From a virus (lineage: Duplodnaviria > Heunggongvirae > Uroviricota > Caudoviricetes): a stretch of DNA of 64,000 bases. The translations under genes and the position numbers were made by a program. The DNA is taken from IMG/VR virus record IMGVR_UViG_3300024344_000001; one strand, given 5' to 3'. Under the pieces are notes generated by a model. It ran no database searches. It saw nothing but the letters and a program-made list of their open reading frames with translations, and had not been told where the DNA came from. How positions within the stretch are numbered: position 1 is the first letter of the stretch; the number at the start of each line of letters is the position of its first letter. Below, one piece after another: positions 18,554 through 28,373 of the stretch.

Positions 18554-20779
18554 TTAAATAGCACATGCACCACTCTCACAATTTAGATCTTTTTCCGTAT
18601 CCCCATCGGAATCAGGAGTATTACAGTAATAAAAGTTCTTCAGGCCATACTTGTATCCGTATACCTGATCCTTAACAATTGCACTTAGGGGGATATGACC
18701 GCCCTCATAGTGATTATAGTTGTAGTACAAGTTCGTACTCATACCCATATCCATGAACTTCTGGATAACTGCGGACATATGGATAATAGGCTTATTGCTC
18801 TCCATATCCCATGCCAGGTCATAATACGAGCGACGGTTATAGAAGTTCGGTACAAGTTGTTTCAGGACGCCGTTCTTCGCCTTCTTAAATGACAGCAAAG
18901 CACGAATGAGTTCGATTCCATTGGTGCTATTTTGAATTAAACTGGACGACTCACACGGCATCTGTGCTGACAGCGTAGAATGCCTCAGACCAAATTCCGC
19001 GATTCTGGCTCGCAGACCTTCCCAGTCCATTGTATACGACGGAGCCACGATTGTGTCAACGTTTTTTTCGTACCAATCAATCGGAAGTAAACCTTTTGCA
19101 TATTTGGTATCTTCAAAACCCTCACATGGACCTAGTTTTTCTGCTAATCTACAACTTTCGTTAAGTAAGTGCCACTGAATTTTTTCCATCATTTCGTGGA
19201 CCATTTCCAGTGCCTCTTGTGAAATATAGCTGACCTTGTGCTTCGCGAGGTATCCTGCTAGATTGGTTATGCCAACACCTAGAGATCTTCTTTTTTTTGT
19301 AAAATTCTCACCGGCCTTAACTGGATAATCTTGGTAGTCTATAACACTGTCTAGTGATTTAACTACAATCGCACAAGCCTTCTGAATATCCTGATCGGTA
19401 TCTAGTTCAAGTAGGTTTAGGGCGGATAGTACACAAATACCAATTTCACCGTCTGGATCTTCAATATTGTAGATAGGCTTAGTGGGCTGAGTAATCTCAA
19501 CACATAAGTTGGTCATCTTAACCGGGATATCCCAAGGCCCGTTAGTATTCACATGATCTATGTTCATCGAGTAGATGCGGCCCGTTTGTAGGCGTTCTCT
19601 AGCAAAGATCTCTACAACCTTTCTTGCAGGAACTTTCTTCTTGAACTTAATAGAGTATGCGTTTTCATACTTAAGGTAGAGTCTTTCAAACTCTTCATTG
19701 TCCCCAAAAGCGTCGTACAACCCCTTACATTCATGTGGAGAAAATAGTGTGATATCCTCATTAGCAATCAACCTATCATAGAATAGCTTACAGAACTGAA
19801 CTGTGTAATCCAGTTTTCTAACACGATTATCATCAGTGCCAGCATTATCCTTAAGGACTAGTACATCCTCAATCTCGTAATGCCAAAACGGAATGTTCAC
19901 GTTAGCGGAGCCACCACGTAAACCATTCTGAGACGTGGATTTTACGGCGGATTCAAAGTTCTTCAAATAAGGAATAAGCCCAGTATGAATTACTTCTCCA
20001 CCCCTAATGGGTGAGTTAATAGGGCGAATCCTACCAATGTTCACACCAATACCTGCTCTACGGGCAGTGTACTTACCAACGGCGTGTACGTTGGAAAAGA
20101 TACTGTCAAGTTCATCATCTACGTCTACTAATACACAGGAAGCGAACTGCTTGATGGTAGTCCTCACTCCCGCCATAATAGGGGTTGGAAGGTTCACCTT
20201 GAACGTAGAATAGGCATCATAAGCGGCCTTTACTTCTTTTGGTTCGTCAAATAAACACATAGCAATAAGCATATAGGCAGACTGCGGCGTTTCATACAAT
20301 TCGCCGTTCGACCTATTCTTAACCAGGTACTTATCTACCATCTGCTGTAGACCAGCATATGTGTACTGATCGTCTCTGTCATGAGAAATGAAGTCACCGA
20401 ACATTCTTATTTGCTCAGGCGTCCACTTCTTTAGAATCTCCCTATCATACAGGCCGTTGTCTACATTTACCTGTATAAACTGCAAAAAGTCTGGCGGGGT
20501 CATCCCTTTCCAGACTTCTTTTCGAATCGACATGTTTAGGAGTCTTGCTGCTGCATACTGATAATTAGGGGCCGCTTCCGAAATAAGATCATTAGCGGAT
20601 CTTATCAGAATCTCATGAATTTGCATAGACTCAATTTTATCATAAATAGATAGGCCCGCATTCATTTCGATATCTGATGAAGAAATACCTGCTAGACCAT
20701 CAGTTGCCCACTCAACTACTTTATGGATTTTCTCCACAGAATACGGCTCTAGCGTGCCGTTTCGCTTAGTAACTTGCAT
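18554..20779 (-). CDS. nrdA: ribonucleotide reductase class Ia large subunit
   Basis: N-terminal ATP-cone; catalytic Cys/Asn/Glu region; C-terminal CESGACAI tail. Confidence 0.9.
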   Translation of the reverse strand: MQVTKRNGTLEPYSVEKIHKVVEWATDGLAGISSSDIEMNAGLSIYDKIESMQIHEILIRSANDLISEAAPNYQYAAARLLNMSIRKEVWKGMTPPDFLQFIQVNVDNGLYDREILKKWTPEQIRMFGDFISHDRDDQYTYAGLQQMVDKYLVKNRSNGELYETPQSAYMLIAMCLFDEPKEVKAAYDAYSTFKVNLPTPIMAGVRTTIKQFASCVLVDVDDELDSIFSNVHAVGKYTARRAGIGVNIGRIRPINSPIRGGEVIHTGLIPYLKNFESAVKSTSQNGLRGGSANVNIPFWHYEIEDVLVLKDNAGTDDNRVRKLDYTVQFCKLFYDRLIANEDITLFSPHECKGLYDAFGDNEEFERLYLKYENAYSIKFKKKVPARKVVEIFARERLQTGRIYSMNIDHVNTNGPWDIPVKMTNLCVEITQPTKPIYNIEDPDGEIGICVLSALNLLELDTDQDIQKACAIVVKSLDSVIDYQDYPVKAGENFTKKRRSLGVGITNLAGYLAKHKVSYISQEALEMVHEMMEKIQWHLLNESCRLAEKLGPCEGFEDTKYAKGLLPIDWYEKNVDTIVAPSYTMDWEGLRARIAEFGLRHSTLSAQMPCESSSLIQNSTNGIELIRALLSFKKAKNGVLKQLVPNFYNRRSYYDLAWDMESNKPIIHMSAVIQKFMDMGMSTNLYYNYNHYEGGHIPLSAIVKDQVYGYKYGLKNFYYCNTPDSDGDTEKDLNCESGACAI

Positions 20780-20795
20780 AATTTCCCTATTGTAA

Positions 20796-20852
20796 CAAAA
20801 AGATCTAGGACGAAAGAAAGGAACGAATGAAAAAAAAGTTCGTCCTAGATCT
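20796..20852 (-). terminator. Rho-independent terminator-like long hairpin (14-bp perfect inverted repeat) abutting the nrdA RBS
   Basis: agatctaggacgaa (20801-20814) / ttcgtcctagatct (20839-20852), followed by a U-run on the minus strand. Confidence 0.5.
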
Positions 20853-21318
20853 TAAGAACTGTTTTGATTAGCCCCATCATAGTTGATTTATCTAAAGCCC
20901 CAATTCTTTGTAAGACTGGGTTCTCTCGATCATCGTTAGAAAAAATGAGTATGGTAGGGTAGTTAATTAAAGAATCGTTAGTCTTACGCATAAACTTACT
21001 GTACTTCTTAAAGTACGGTCTATGCTTATCAACGGTGTCGTCCAGAAGGAATAATCTAATGCGATTCTTATCTAGAAAATCCTTCATGTCGTCATTAGGA
21101 TCAATTTTCCTACCGTCCTCAGTTTCTCCATCATTTGGCCAAACATTATACTTCATTCTCATGCATGGAGCACACCACTTGGCTCCCATGTGGTATATAG
21201 TATACTTATACTTTTGCTTTGCAGTTACTGCGACCACTTCCTCACCCTCCTGTGCGTAGACCTCTACGCTACATAATGGTAGGAAACTAATCAAAAGTAG
21301 CAATACAAAAAATCTCAT
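20845..21318 (-). CDS. secreted thioredoxin-fold protein (CxxC) with signal peptide
   Basis: Signal peptide MRFFVLLLLISFLPLCSVEVYA; active site WCAPC. Confidence 0.6.
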   Translation of the reverse strand: MRFFVLLLLISFLPLCSVEVYAQEGEEVVAVTAKQKYKYTIYHMGAKWCAPCMRMKYNVWPNDGETEDGRKIDPNDDMKDFLDKNRIRLFLLDDTVDKHRPYFKKYSKFMRKTNDSLINYPTILIFSNDDRENPVLQRIGALDKSTMMGLIKTVLKI

Positions 21319-21398
21319 CGATCTCTCCTGCCAGTTAAAGAAGCGGCTCCATCAGGACGTAACGCCCTAGTGAAACCGCTTCATAAAACTCAAATTTT

Positions 21399-21620
21399 TC
21401 ACTCTTCGTCAGAATTATCTCTTAGCCATTTTACTATTCCATCAATTGCCACTGCTGCTACAGGAACAACAAGTGGACCCCACTGACCGAAATCAATTTC
21501 GGACATTACTGAACCAATCCATGTTAGGGCTGCTGCTAATCCGACAAATGCGGCAGTTCTAGCTAATTCTGGAAGATCATTGTTATCCAGCTTAAACTTT
21601 TTTGAAGTTGGTGTAGTCAT
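21399..21620 (-). CDS. small membrane protein (holin-like?)
   Basis: TM segment AAFVGLAAALTWIGSV..; charged C-terminus. Confidence 0.35.
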   Translation of the reverse strand: MTTPTSKKFKLDNNDLPELARTAAFVGLAAALTWIGSVMSEIDFGQWGPLVVPVAAVAIDGIVKWLRDNSDEE

Positions 21621-21625
21621 TTAGA

Positions 21626-22069
21626 TTACCCCCTTATCAGAATCAGACACCATGCATACAATATAGCAAGCACAATACTGAAAGATGTGACCCTCTTTAA
21701 GAAGGTGTCCTGAATGTCAGATTCCTGTTCATGCATAGTATAGCTCTTGATGTGACAAAAAGCCGCTACACTACCTAAAATCTGTCTGAATGGGATATTA
21801 GCAATTACTCCATGTTCAAAGAAGTCATCTGCCTTGGAATGCCTAATGAAGTCTAACGACCACGGGATATTCCAGTACATATTATCTAATGTCTCCCCAA
21901 GGAAACCAATTGCTACACCAATAATAAACCACTCAGCGGCGTCTTGTGGTCCTCTTTTGAAGATCTGAATAGACTTCGGACCCCAAAGAAACACAACGAC
22001 GGCTGATAGAATAATGGTTGGAGTTGTCAAGATAACGGAAATCAGTTCCGCTATTTCTAGATAGGACAT
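21626..22069 (-). CDS. integral membrane protein
   Basis: Multiple hydrophobic segments. Confidence 0.4.
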   Translation of the reverse strand: MSYLEIAELISVILTTPTIILSAVVVFLWGPKSIQIFKRGPQDAAEWFIIGVAIGFLGETLDNMYWNIPWSLDFIRHSKADDFFEHGVIANIPFRQILGSVAAFCHIKSYTMHEQESDIQDTFLKRVTSFSIVLAILYAWCLILIRG

Positions 22070-22464
22070 TATTCATCCTTTTTAAGGAGGGCAATAACAT
22101 TGTTACTTAGCTCCTTCAGGTCTTCTCTAGCTTGATTATGACCCTCCATCATTCCTTCTAGTTTACCAACTTTTTCAGACATTGCAACGGCCCATAAGTT
22201 TTGCTCGTGGTGCTTTTCTTCACACTGGTCAAGCTTGGCCGTTAGTTCTGTTTTACTCTCTATGAGTTGAGTTTGAGTATCATTCATTTGTTTATACACA
22301 GCTTTCCAGAGAACTGTTACTGCACCAGATAACGCAACGACTATTGGAGTAGCGTATTTAACGAACTGCCAAAAAACGTCTTTGTTTACCTCTTGCTCTA
22401 CGGCCTCTTTTACACTATTAACGATATCCGCATTTTCTACGGCTATTACGAGAAACTCGAACAT
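22069..22464 (-). CDS. membrane-anchored coiled-coil protein
   Basis: One TM segment plus a heptad-like C-terminal region. Confidence 0.4.
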   Translation of the reverse strand: MFEFLVIAVENADIVNSVKEAVEQEVNKDVFWQFVKYATPIVVALSGAVTVLWKAVYKQMNDTQTQLIESKTELTAKLDQCEEKHHEQNLWAVAMSEKVGKLEGMMEGHNQAREDLKELSNNVIALLKKDE

Positions 22465-22488
22465 TCCTTACTCCCCTTTCCGAACTTT

Positions 22489-22514
22489 GAAAAAGACCCC
22501 CACCGAAGTGGGGG
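22489..22514 (-). terminator. Rho-independent terminator
   Basis: cccccaccgaagtggggg hairpin followed by a U-run on the minus strand. Confidence 0.6.
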
Positions 22515-22534
22515 TTGAAATCACTTTTCAAAGA

Positions 22535-23203
22535 TTAGACAGAGTTCGCAGAATCGCGAGCCTGATACTCATCCGTAATAGGTTCAGCACTACCGTCCAT
22601 GTAGGTTAGTTCACCTGGAACTGCCGCTGTTGGGTTAGCCGCATCATCAGTAGCAGCATGAATACCGCCACCGGATGGAGCAACGTGAGTAGACAAGCTA
22701 CCTGCGTTAGAACCCTTAGTGTAGTTCGGAGTAATGTCTGTACTTGGTACAGCGTATACATCGAATGTTCCGCCACCCTCACCCAACTTGTAGGTAGATA
22801 GAGTAGACTGGATTGAACTACGAGTAGTCTGCTGACCATTAAAGTCAGTATTACCACCCTGCATAATAGTGTTTGCTACACCACCAATTGTAGTAGTATG
22901 GTTACCACCAACAATCAGCCAGTTATTAGCCGTCATAGTGTAAGCGATGGTACCTGCGGCAACAGCCTTAGTGGTACCTGCACGGTCAGTAGTAGCTGCA
23001 CCACTACCGCCGATTTCATAGACCTTAGAACCAATAGACTTAGCAGGAACGCCGTCTGTGGTCTCGGTCATCTGGAAGTTACGAGTTACTATACCCGCGT
23101 TAGTGTCAACGTTACCACCATGTAGAACGGTAGCTCCGTCATTAACTTTGTTTGCTGTGGTAGATGGAGCGTTTCCATCACCAGAAGCTGCGACAATAGC
23201 CAT
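22535..23203 (-). CDS. Gly/Thr/Ala-rich repeat protein (beta-helix/fibre-like)
   Basis: Low-complexity GGN/TT repeats; own promoter upstream and own terminator downstream. Confidence 0.4.
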   Translation of the reverse strand: MAIVAASGDGNAPSTTANKVNDGATVLHGGNVDTNAGIVTRNFQMTETTDGVPAKSIGSKVYEIGGSGAATTDRAGTTKAVAAGTIAYTMTANNWLIVGGNHTTTIGGVANTIMQGGNTDFNGQQTTRSSIQSTLSTYKLGEGGGTFDVYAVPSTDITPNYTKGSNAGSLSTHVAPSGGGIHAATDDAANPTAAVPGELTYMDGSAEPITDEYQARDSANSV

Positions 23204-23275
23204 AATTAAATCTCCAACGTCAAATTGGCTTTGTCCCGATTATCCCGAAAATTTGTGATCCTATATTCCTAGGGT

Positions 23276-23310
23276 ATTATACACTAGACTGGAGTCGTCT
23301 TTTCAGTAAA
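23276..23310 (-). promoter_or_regulatory. promoter-like TGTGTATAAT upstream of the repeat-protein gene 22535-23203
   Basis: rc tagtgtataatac. Confidence 0.4.
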
Positions 23311-23765
23311 TTAAGGTTTTTTCCTATTTTTTGAGCAACATTTTGACGGCGGTAGCCGTTTTTTTCAGCAATTTCTTGTAAAGTCATGCTGTTGTAGAAT
23401 CTGTCAAACATAATCTCTGGATCTGGGACAGTTTCTAGTTCGTCCAGCATATCTACTCGATCATCCGTGAGATAGTCAGAGTCAATATGTCTACTAATGT
23501 TACCTCGCTCTTGTGGGAATTCCTTACTCATTACGGTCCTTTGTCGATAGTTTAGGCATTCCAACTTGACAACGGTATACAAGTAAGTAGTGAATTCACA
23601 GTCACCTTGTTTTTCATCATACTTATCTAAAGCTCTCCAAATGGCATGTAGAATGCAGTTATAAATTTCGTCCTCAGAAAGCCTCCCAGCGAACTTTAAG
23701 CCCGCTGAGAAGGCAATCTGCATACACTTCTTATTGTCCAACACTTCCTGAATTTCCTGATTCAA
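23277..23765 (-). CDS. sigma-70 family (ECF-like) sigma factor
   Basis: Region-2-like FTTYLYTVVKLECLNYRQR; region-4 HTH MTLQEIAEKNGYRRQNVAQKIGKNLNLLKRRL. Confidence 0.55.
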   Translation of the reverse strand: MNQEIQEVLDNKKCMQIAFSAGLKFAGRLSEDEIYNCILHAIWRALDKYDEKQGDCEFTTYLYTVVKLECLNYRQRTVMSKEFPQERGNISRHIDSDYLTDDRVDMLDELETVPDPEIMFDRFYNSMTLQEIAEKNGYRRQNVAQKIGKNLNLLKRRLQSSV

Positions 23766-24225
23766 AGTTCTCGCCCTTTCCTAGAGTTTCTTCAATTCCT
23801 TTTCTTACGTCACTAAACTCGAAGGCACGTCCTGCCCCTACAAAGAATCTGTATCGCGTAATGATCTTCAGGGCCTCGACGCCGTGAACCTTATTGATTT
23901 GCATCATCATCTTCTCTGTAATATCGAAGTTAGCGTGTCCTACCCAACAATCATAACTTGATGATAGATATATCTCGTTACTGATATCATTAGGCATTGC
24001 CAACATAGGCTTGGTGGTTATGCGTTCCCTTTCCATTTCTTCAAACTCGTTAGATAGGAAGTCATCATTAGGTGACATTTCTTGTTCTAGTAGTTTTTGA
24101 ACTTCGTTATTATGATGATCTGTAATCATCTTAACTATAGGAGACTTGAATTGTTCTTCGATTAGATCTTCGAATTTCTGCCATAGGATTTTCTTTTGCA
24201 TAGTGGTATCCTCATAGCACGTCAA
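23731..24225 (-). CDS. hypothetical acidic protein
   Basis: ORF. Confidence 0.4.
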   Translation of the reverse strand: MTCYEDTTMQKKILWQKFEDLIEEQFKSPIVKMITDHHNNEVQKLLEQEMSPNDDFLSNEFEEMERERITTKPMLAMPNDISNEIYLSSSYDCWVGHANFDITEKMMMQINKVHGVEALKIITRYRFFVGAGRAFEFSDVRKGIEETLGKGENFESGNSGSVGQ

Positions 24226-24571
24226 TGGGTCTGATTAGCGGCCCGTCAGATGGTCCCCCTGGTGACTTTGCTATATCTTTTTGTTTGCGTCTTAAAAAAC
24301 TGATAATGAACTTGTTATAGTCATCCCCTTTACCATTTCCTTCAAGACCTTCTTTTACAGTCTCTACTGTCGTTCTTACACCATCAGGTGAACTTATGAA
24401 GTGGATAAATTCCGCAAGAGTATCCAAATCAAAATTTTCTTCTGAGGCATCAACGGAGACTATGATTTGTTTGTTAACAAGTGCATATCTCACAAGAAAG
24501 TCAGGACTACCGTCAATTAGGTTGTCTAGTTCTTCTTTGGTACCGTCCAGGTCTTCATCACTCTGATACAT
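24212..24571 (-). CDS. hypothetical protein
   Basis: ORF. Confidence 0.4.
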   Translation of the reverse strand: MYQSDEDLDGTKEELDNLIDGSPDFLVRYALVNKQIIVSVDASEENFDLDTLAEFIHFISSPDGVRTTVETVKEGLEGNGKGDDYNKFIISFLRRKQKDIAKSPGGPSDGPLIRPIDVL

Positions 24572-25625
24572 GTTTTATTATCTCCCGTGCTGCATTGTCC
24601 CATGTAAACTTCTCGGCTGTTTCTACACCCTTATCGTTATACACGGGCCACTCAGCAAAACTAACCATTTCTTTCACAAATTGTTCTATCTCTTGATCAT
24701 CTATCTTAGCCCAGTTTCCGCTACCAAAGAACCACTTTCCATCGAAGGCGGCTTCTTTATTCGGGGTTTCTATCAAAGTTGCATTATCAGGGCTACAGAA
24801 CTCTGTATGTGCTGCATAGTTGGTAGTAATACACCACTTGCCTGCTGCCATTAACTCTAGTAGTTCGAGATTCCACCCCTCGCCACGCGAAGGGAAAATA
24901 CCACAACCCACTTGAGACATTATATTATACACCTCTTCGTGCGTTTCCACCCTGGGAATTAACCTAATGTTGCCTCTTTGGTAAGTTTTAGTCCATAATC
25001 TCTCTTCTTGAGGCGAATTGAACGGATTACCACACATCATCCACAACTGGAAGTCATGGTTGGGTAATTCTTCACAGAACCTATCCCACATTTGTATCAG
25101 CACGTCATGGCCTTTACGGACCTCCCATTTACCGCAATTAAAAAAGACTTTAGGGATCACGGCGTCTCGGTCGTACTGCTTAAATATGTTTAGATCCACG
25201 CCCAGAGGAACCACCTTACACGGAACTTCTATACCGTTTTTACGTACCATGTCCACAGCCCACTGGCTCGGAACGAACAGGCGATCCGTAGACTTTAGGT
25301 GATACAGTTCAACTTCTGAGAAGGTATCTAGCTCAAAAATGGGAAAACCAATCTTGAGTCCCGTAAGATGACCCGGGAGAGTCATATCATGCTGGTGCCA
25401 TATTTTAATGCATGGGGCCTGTAGATCTGCCGTCGCGTTATTGTTAATCGCAGACTCAATGATCTTAGAATCTTCAGGACTTGCCGCTTGTGGCGTCCCG
25501 ATAGGCCATAGGCTTACTTCAGCACAATTAGAAAGAGCTTTAAGAATGTTTAATGAAGTGTACCCATAACCTAAAGAGTTGATTGGGGCCACCAAGTTCA
25601 ATTTCTGCATGATACCTCTTTGCAT
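24558..25625 (-). CDS. GT-B (GT4-like) glycosyltransferase
   Basis: EX7E motif EGWNLELLELMAAG; Rossmann-like C-terminal half. Confidence 0.6.
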   Translation of the reverse strand: MQRGIMQKLNLVAPINSLGYGYTSLNILKALSNCAEVSLWPIGTPQAASPEDSKIIESAINNNATADLQAPCIKIWHQHDMTLPGHLTGLKIGFPIFELDTFSEVELYHLKSTDRLFVPSQWAVDMVRKNGIEVPCKVVPLGVDLNIFKQYDRDAVIPKVFFNCGKWEVRKGHDVLIQMWDRFCEELPNHDFQLWMMCGNPFNSPQEERLWTKTYQRGNIRLIPRVETHEEVYNIMSQVGCGIFPSRGEGWNLELLELMAAGKWCITTNYAAHTEFCSPDNATLIETPNKEAAFDGKWFFGSGNWAKIDDQEIEQFVKEMVSFAEWPVYNDKGVETAEKFTWDNAAREIIKHVSE

Positions 25626-25649
25626 AGATTGATAAATTTCTCTTGCGTA

Positions 25650-26045
25650 TTACCTTTTCCTGAATATTTCAGTGAGGAATTTCTCCACACTGTCTGTATC
25701 AGGGTTAGACTTTAGAAAAACACTAGCAGCCCTCCTGGCGTCTATGTTAGAGTGACCAATCGCTCTAAGGGCTAGAACACAATCGTGGAACAGTGAATGC
25801 ACCGGTTTCTTTGCTTGTTTCTTCTTTGGCTTTGGTTTGTCTACTACAGATACCAGACCTATATCCTCATGTCCTTCTGGAAAGATAGGAGTTGACCTAG
25901 CAATCTCAAAAGTATCCATGTCTCGGAATGCTGCACCCAAATCGACCTTACCCAGGACTACGGCAATTAGCCAACCTAGTACCAAGAGAATAACACCGAA
26001 ATGGATAATTGCAGCGAAGGCCGTAGAGGACTGCTCGTGAATCAT
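25650..26045 (-). CDS. membrane-anchored protein
   Basis: TM segment AIIHFGVILLVLGWLIAVVLG. Confidence 0.4.
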   Translation of the reverse strand: MIHEQSSTAFAAIIHFGVILLVLGWLIAVVLGKVDLGAAFRDMDTFEIARSTPIFPEGHEDIGLVSVVDKPKPKKKQAKKPVHSLFHDCVLALRAIGHSNIDARRAASVFLKSNPDTDSVEKFLTEIFRKR

Positions 26046-26159
26046 CTAGTTAACCCAAAATAGAGTTGCATGTAAAATGAAATACCTACCGCCAACGTGA
26101 CGAGTAGAGAAAAAAAGGCAGCAACCTTAAATATAGCTGCTACCCTATAGAATAATTCG

Positions 26160-26363
26160 TTAATCATCAGACTCGGTGCTCTCAGTTAGACTTTCATCAT
26201 AAGTCTGAATAGCAGCAACGCCGTCATTAAATTCTTCTGTTAGTTGACCAATTCTAGTCTCGATCTCTGCTCTCTGGTTCGCAAGTTGCTGAATAGCCTC
26301 TTGTACTGACCCCAGACGAGCCTCCGCTAGATTACGTAGTTTGGTTACTGTTTCCTGGTCCAT
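26160..26363 (-). CDS. small coiled-coil protein
   Basis: ORF. Confidence 0.35.
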   Translation of the reverse strand: MDQETVTKLRNLAEARLGSVQEAIQQLANQRAEIETRIGQLTEEFNDGVAAIQTYDESLTESTESDD

Positions 26364-26465
26364 ATCTTACCTTTCAGTTTTATTAAAACGCCTACGAAGG
26401 TCACCCATAAACCTAATATGAGGACTGCTATACCTTCCATTAGGGCGATAAAGCCCCATGCTATG

Positions 26466-26921
26466 TCAATTGGTTTCCACATTAGCTTCTCTCACATTCT
26501 GTAGAATGATATCGTTGGTTATTTTCAATGAGAAGAGTGTGGTATGAATGTTCTTTATCATGGTTAGTAGTTCGTCTGAGTTCTCAAGAACTGTCTCCAT
26601 TGTATCTGGAAATTCTTCAGGGGGCAGTTCTTCTGCAATATCAATCCCATCCTGAGTTGTTACCTGGGGAGCACCTGCACATTCTGGACATAACTTACGC
26701 CCCTTACCATGATTCTTATTAATGTAGTGACCGACACGCCACAAGTCATCCTGTATAGCATATATACGGGAGTTTACGGCGATTACTGTATCCATAATCT
26801 CTGCGTTCTTTTCGAGCGTGTAGTCAATTGCATCTTGAGATCTCATTTTCTCAATACCGATACCCATACCTACGCCACAGATAGCTCCAACTAGTAATAG
26901 TGGAATTATATTCGTTTTCAT
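26466..26921 (-). CDS. membrane-anchored protein
   Basis: N-terminal TM segment IIPLLLVGAICGVGMGIGI. Confidence 0.4.
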   Translation of the reverse strand: MKTNIIPLLLVGAICGVGMGIGIEKMRSQDAIDYTLEKNAEIMDTVIAVNSRIYAIQDDLWRVGHYINKNHGKGRKLCPECAGAPQVTTQDGIDIAEELPPEEFPDTMETVLENSDELLTMIKNIHTTLFSLKITNDIILQNVREANVETN

Positions 26922-27442
26922 GTCAGTCTTTCAATATTACCGAGAGATTCATCAAACCCCTCTGGGACGTTAAGGATGTATGAGTCGTCTACTACAATTC
27001 CGGCTTTGATGAATTCATCGATACTACCCTGAATACTCTCTTCCCATCTTTCCACGGTGTTCTTAAGAGACACTACGCGAATGATACCGGAGTTGAGGTA
27101 CTTGATAGCACAAGGCTTACATGGGAGAAACGGGTAAGTATAAAGAGTACACCCTGTTAGATCTCGACCAGCCTTCTCAGCGAATCTCTTAGCATTGATT
27201 TCGCCGTGAACCATTAAACCCAGTTTAGTATCTCTGTCTTCGTACCATTCTGGGCGGTCGTCAACATCTTCTGGAAAACCATTGTAACCAACGGCGACGA
27301 TCTCTTTGAAGTCCGTAATAACCGCTCCAACTTGTGTGCTGGGGTCTTTGGACCATGTTGATACGTGGCTGGCAAGGTTTAGAAACCTTAGATCCCACTT
27401 AATCTGCTGTTCTTCATTAGTATTCATTGTCCCACCAGTCAT
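26918..27442 (-). CDS. dCMP deaminase
   Basis: Zinc motifs HGEINA and PCKPCAIK. Confidence 0.8.
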   Translation of the reverse strand: MTGGTMNTNEEQQIKWDLRFLNLASHVSTWSKDPSTQVGAVITDFKEIVAVGYNGFPEDVDDRPEWYEDRDTKLGLMVHGEINAKRFAEKAGRDLTGCTLYTYPFLPCKPCAIKYLNSGIIRVVSLKNTVERWEESIQGSIDEFIKAGIVVDDSYILNVPEGFDESLGNIERLT

Positions 27443-27662
27443 AAAACTTATCTATTAACTTATCATAGATGTTCCCATACTTGATATCACTGTTTATTAG
27501 TTCTCGGAGTTCTTTGGGGAATGAGACATAGCCCAGTTCCTCAAAACGTTCAACCTTAATAGGTCGTCTATCTTTTTTATTGAGAGCAACGACAATAGAG
27601 GCAGGGGACGGTCTGACTCGAAGCCTTACCGTCCACTGCCCGAAAGTGCTTTTAACTGCCAC
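27417..27662 (-). CDS. hypothetical protein
   Basis: ORF. Confidence 0.35.
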   Translation of the reverse strand: MAVKSTFGQWTVRLRVRPSPASIVVALNKKDRRPIKVERFEELGYVSFPKELRELINSDIKYGNIYDKLIDKFYDWWDNEY

Positions 27663-27867
27663 CTAAATCCCTTTCAATGGTTTCTTCCCAATCCTTATTA
27701 CGGCGATCCAATTCTTCAGCGATGATACGTAGCTCATATGAGCTAATACCGCCACCACCACATGGACCCCAATAGTAGAAACCATCATCCATCGGAAAGA
27801 TATCCTTTTCAGCGTGTTTGAGAATTCTTTCTCTCATATTCCACTCTGTCATAAGAATTCTCTCCAT
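27652..27867 (-). CDS. hypothetical protein
   Basis: ORF. Confidence 0.35.
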   Translation of the reverse strand: MERILMTEWNMRERILKHAEKDIFPMDDGFYYWGPCGGGGISSYELRIIAEELDRRNKDWEETIERDLGGS

Positions 27868-28373
27868 TCTTTAGGGGCGTTTGCAGGATGCTCGAAGTAA
27901 ACCGGCTTACCTGGCTGACTCCGAAGAGGCATTCCTGCCTGATCTGGAGTACGATTAGCTTTGGTATGGTTACAAGTCTTACATGCTGCTACCATGTTAT
28001 CCCATGTGTTAGCGTAACTCTTCTTCTTGAAGAAACTAACGGGCTTAACGTGGTCAATAGTCTTAGTGCTATTAGTCAACGGAGCCAGGCAGTATTGACA
28101 GGTCATTCCGTCCCTGTTGTAAATACTACTTCTACTTGGAGTAGACTTAGGGCTGATCTTCACATACTTTCTGTAGTGAAAAACCGCTGGCACTTCAAAC
28201 ATTTCATCTTCACTTTCAATTACCTTATCATAGTATTTTACTACTGTGATACGATCAGTTTTGAAAGAGAGTTTAATAATCTTCCGTAGACCAAACTGAA
28301 TGCCTAGCGGAGTGTAGTCAAGGTTTAGAACTAGTGCTCTCATCGTCTTGCCACTCTTTCCATTCAGTGTCAT
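27849..28373 (-). CDS. HNH endonuclease
   Basis: CQYCLAPL...IDHVKPVS...CKTCNHTKANR. Confidence 0.7.
   Translation of the reverse strand: MTLNGKSGKTMRALVLNLDYTPLGIQFGLRKIIKLSFKTDRITVVKYYDKVIESEDEMFEVPAVFHYRKYVKISPKSTPSRSSIYNRDGMTCQYCLAPLTNSTKTIDHVKPVSFFKKKSYANTWDNMVAACKTCNHTKANRTPDQAGMPLRSQPGKPVYFEHPANAPKEWREFL

Noticed and set aside
22606-22857. Nested minus-strand ORF inside the Gly/Thr-rich repeat gene
   Set aside because: Alternative frame of the low-complexity repeat region; no independent signals
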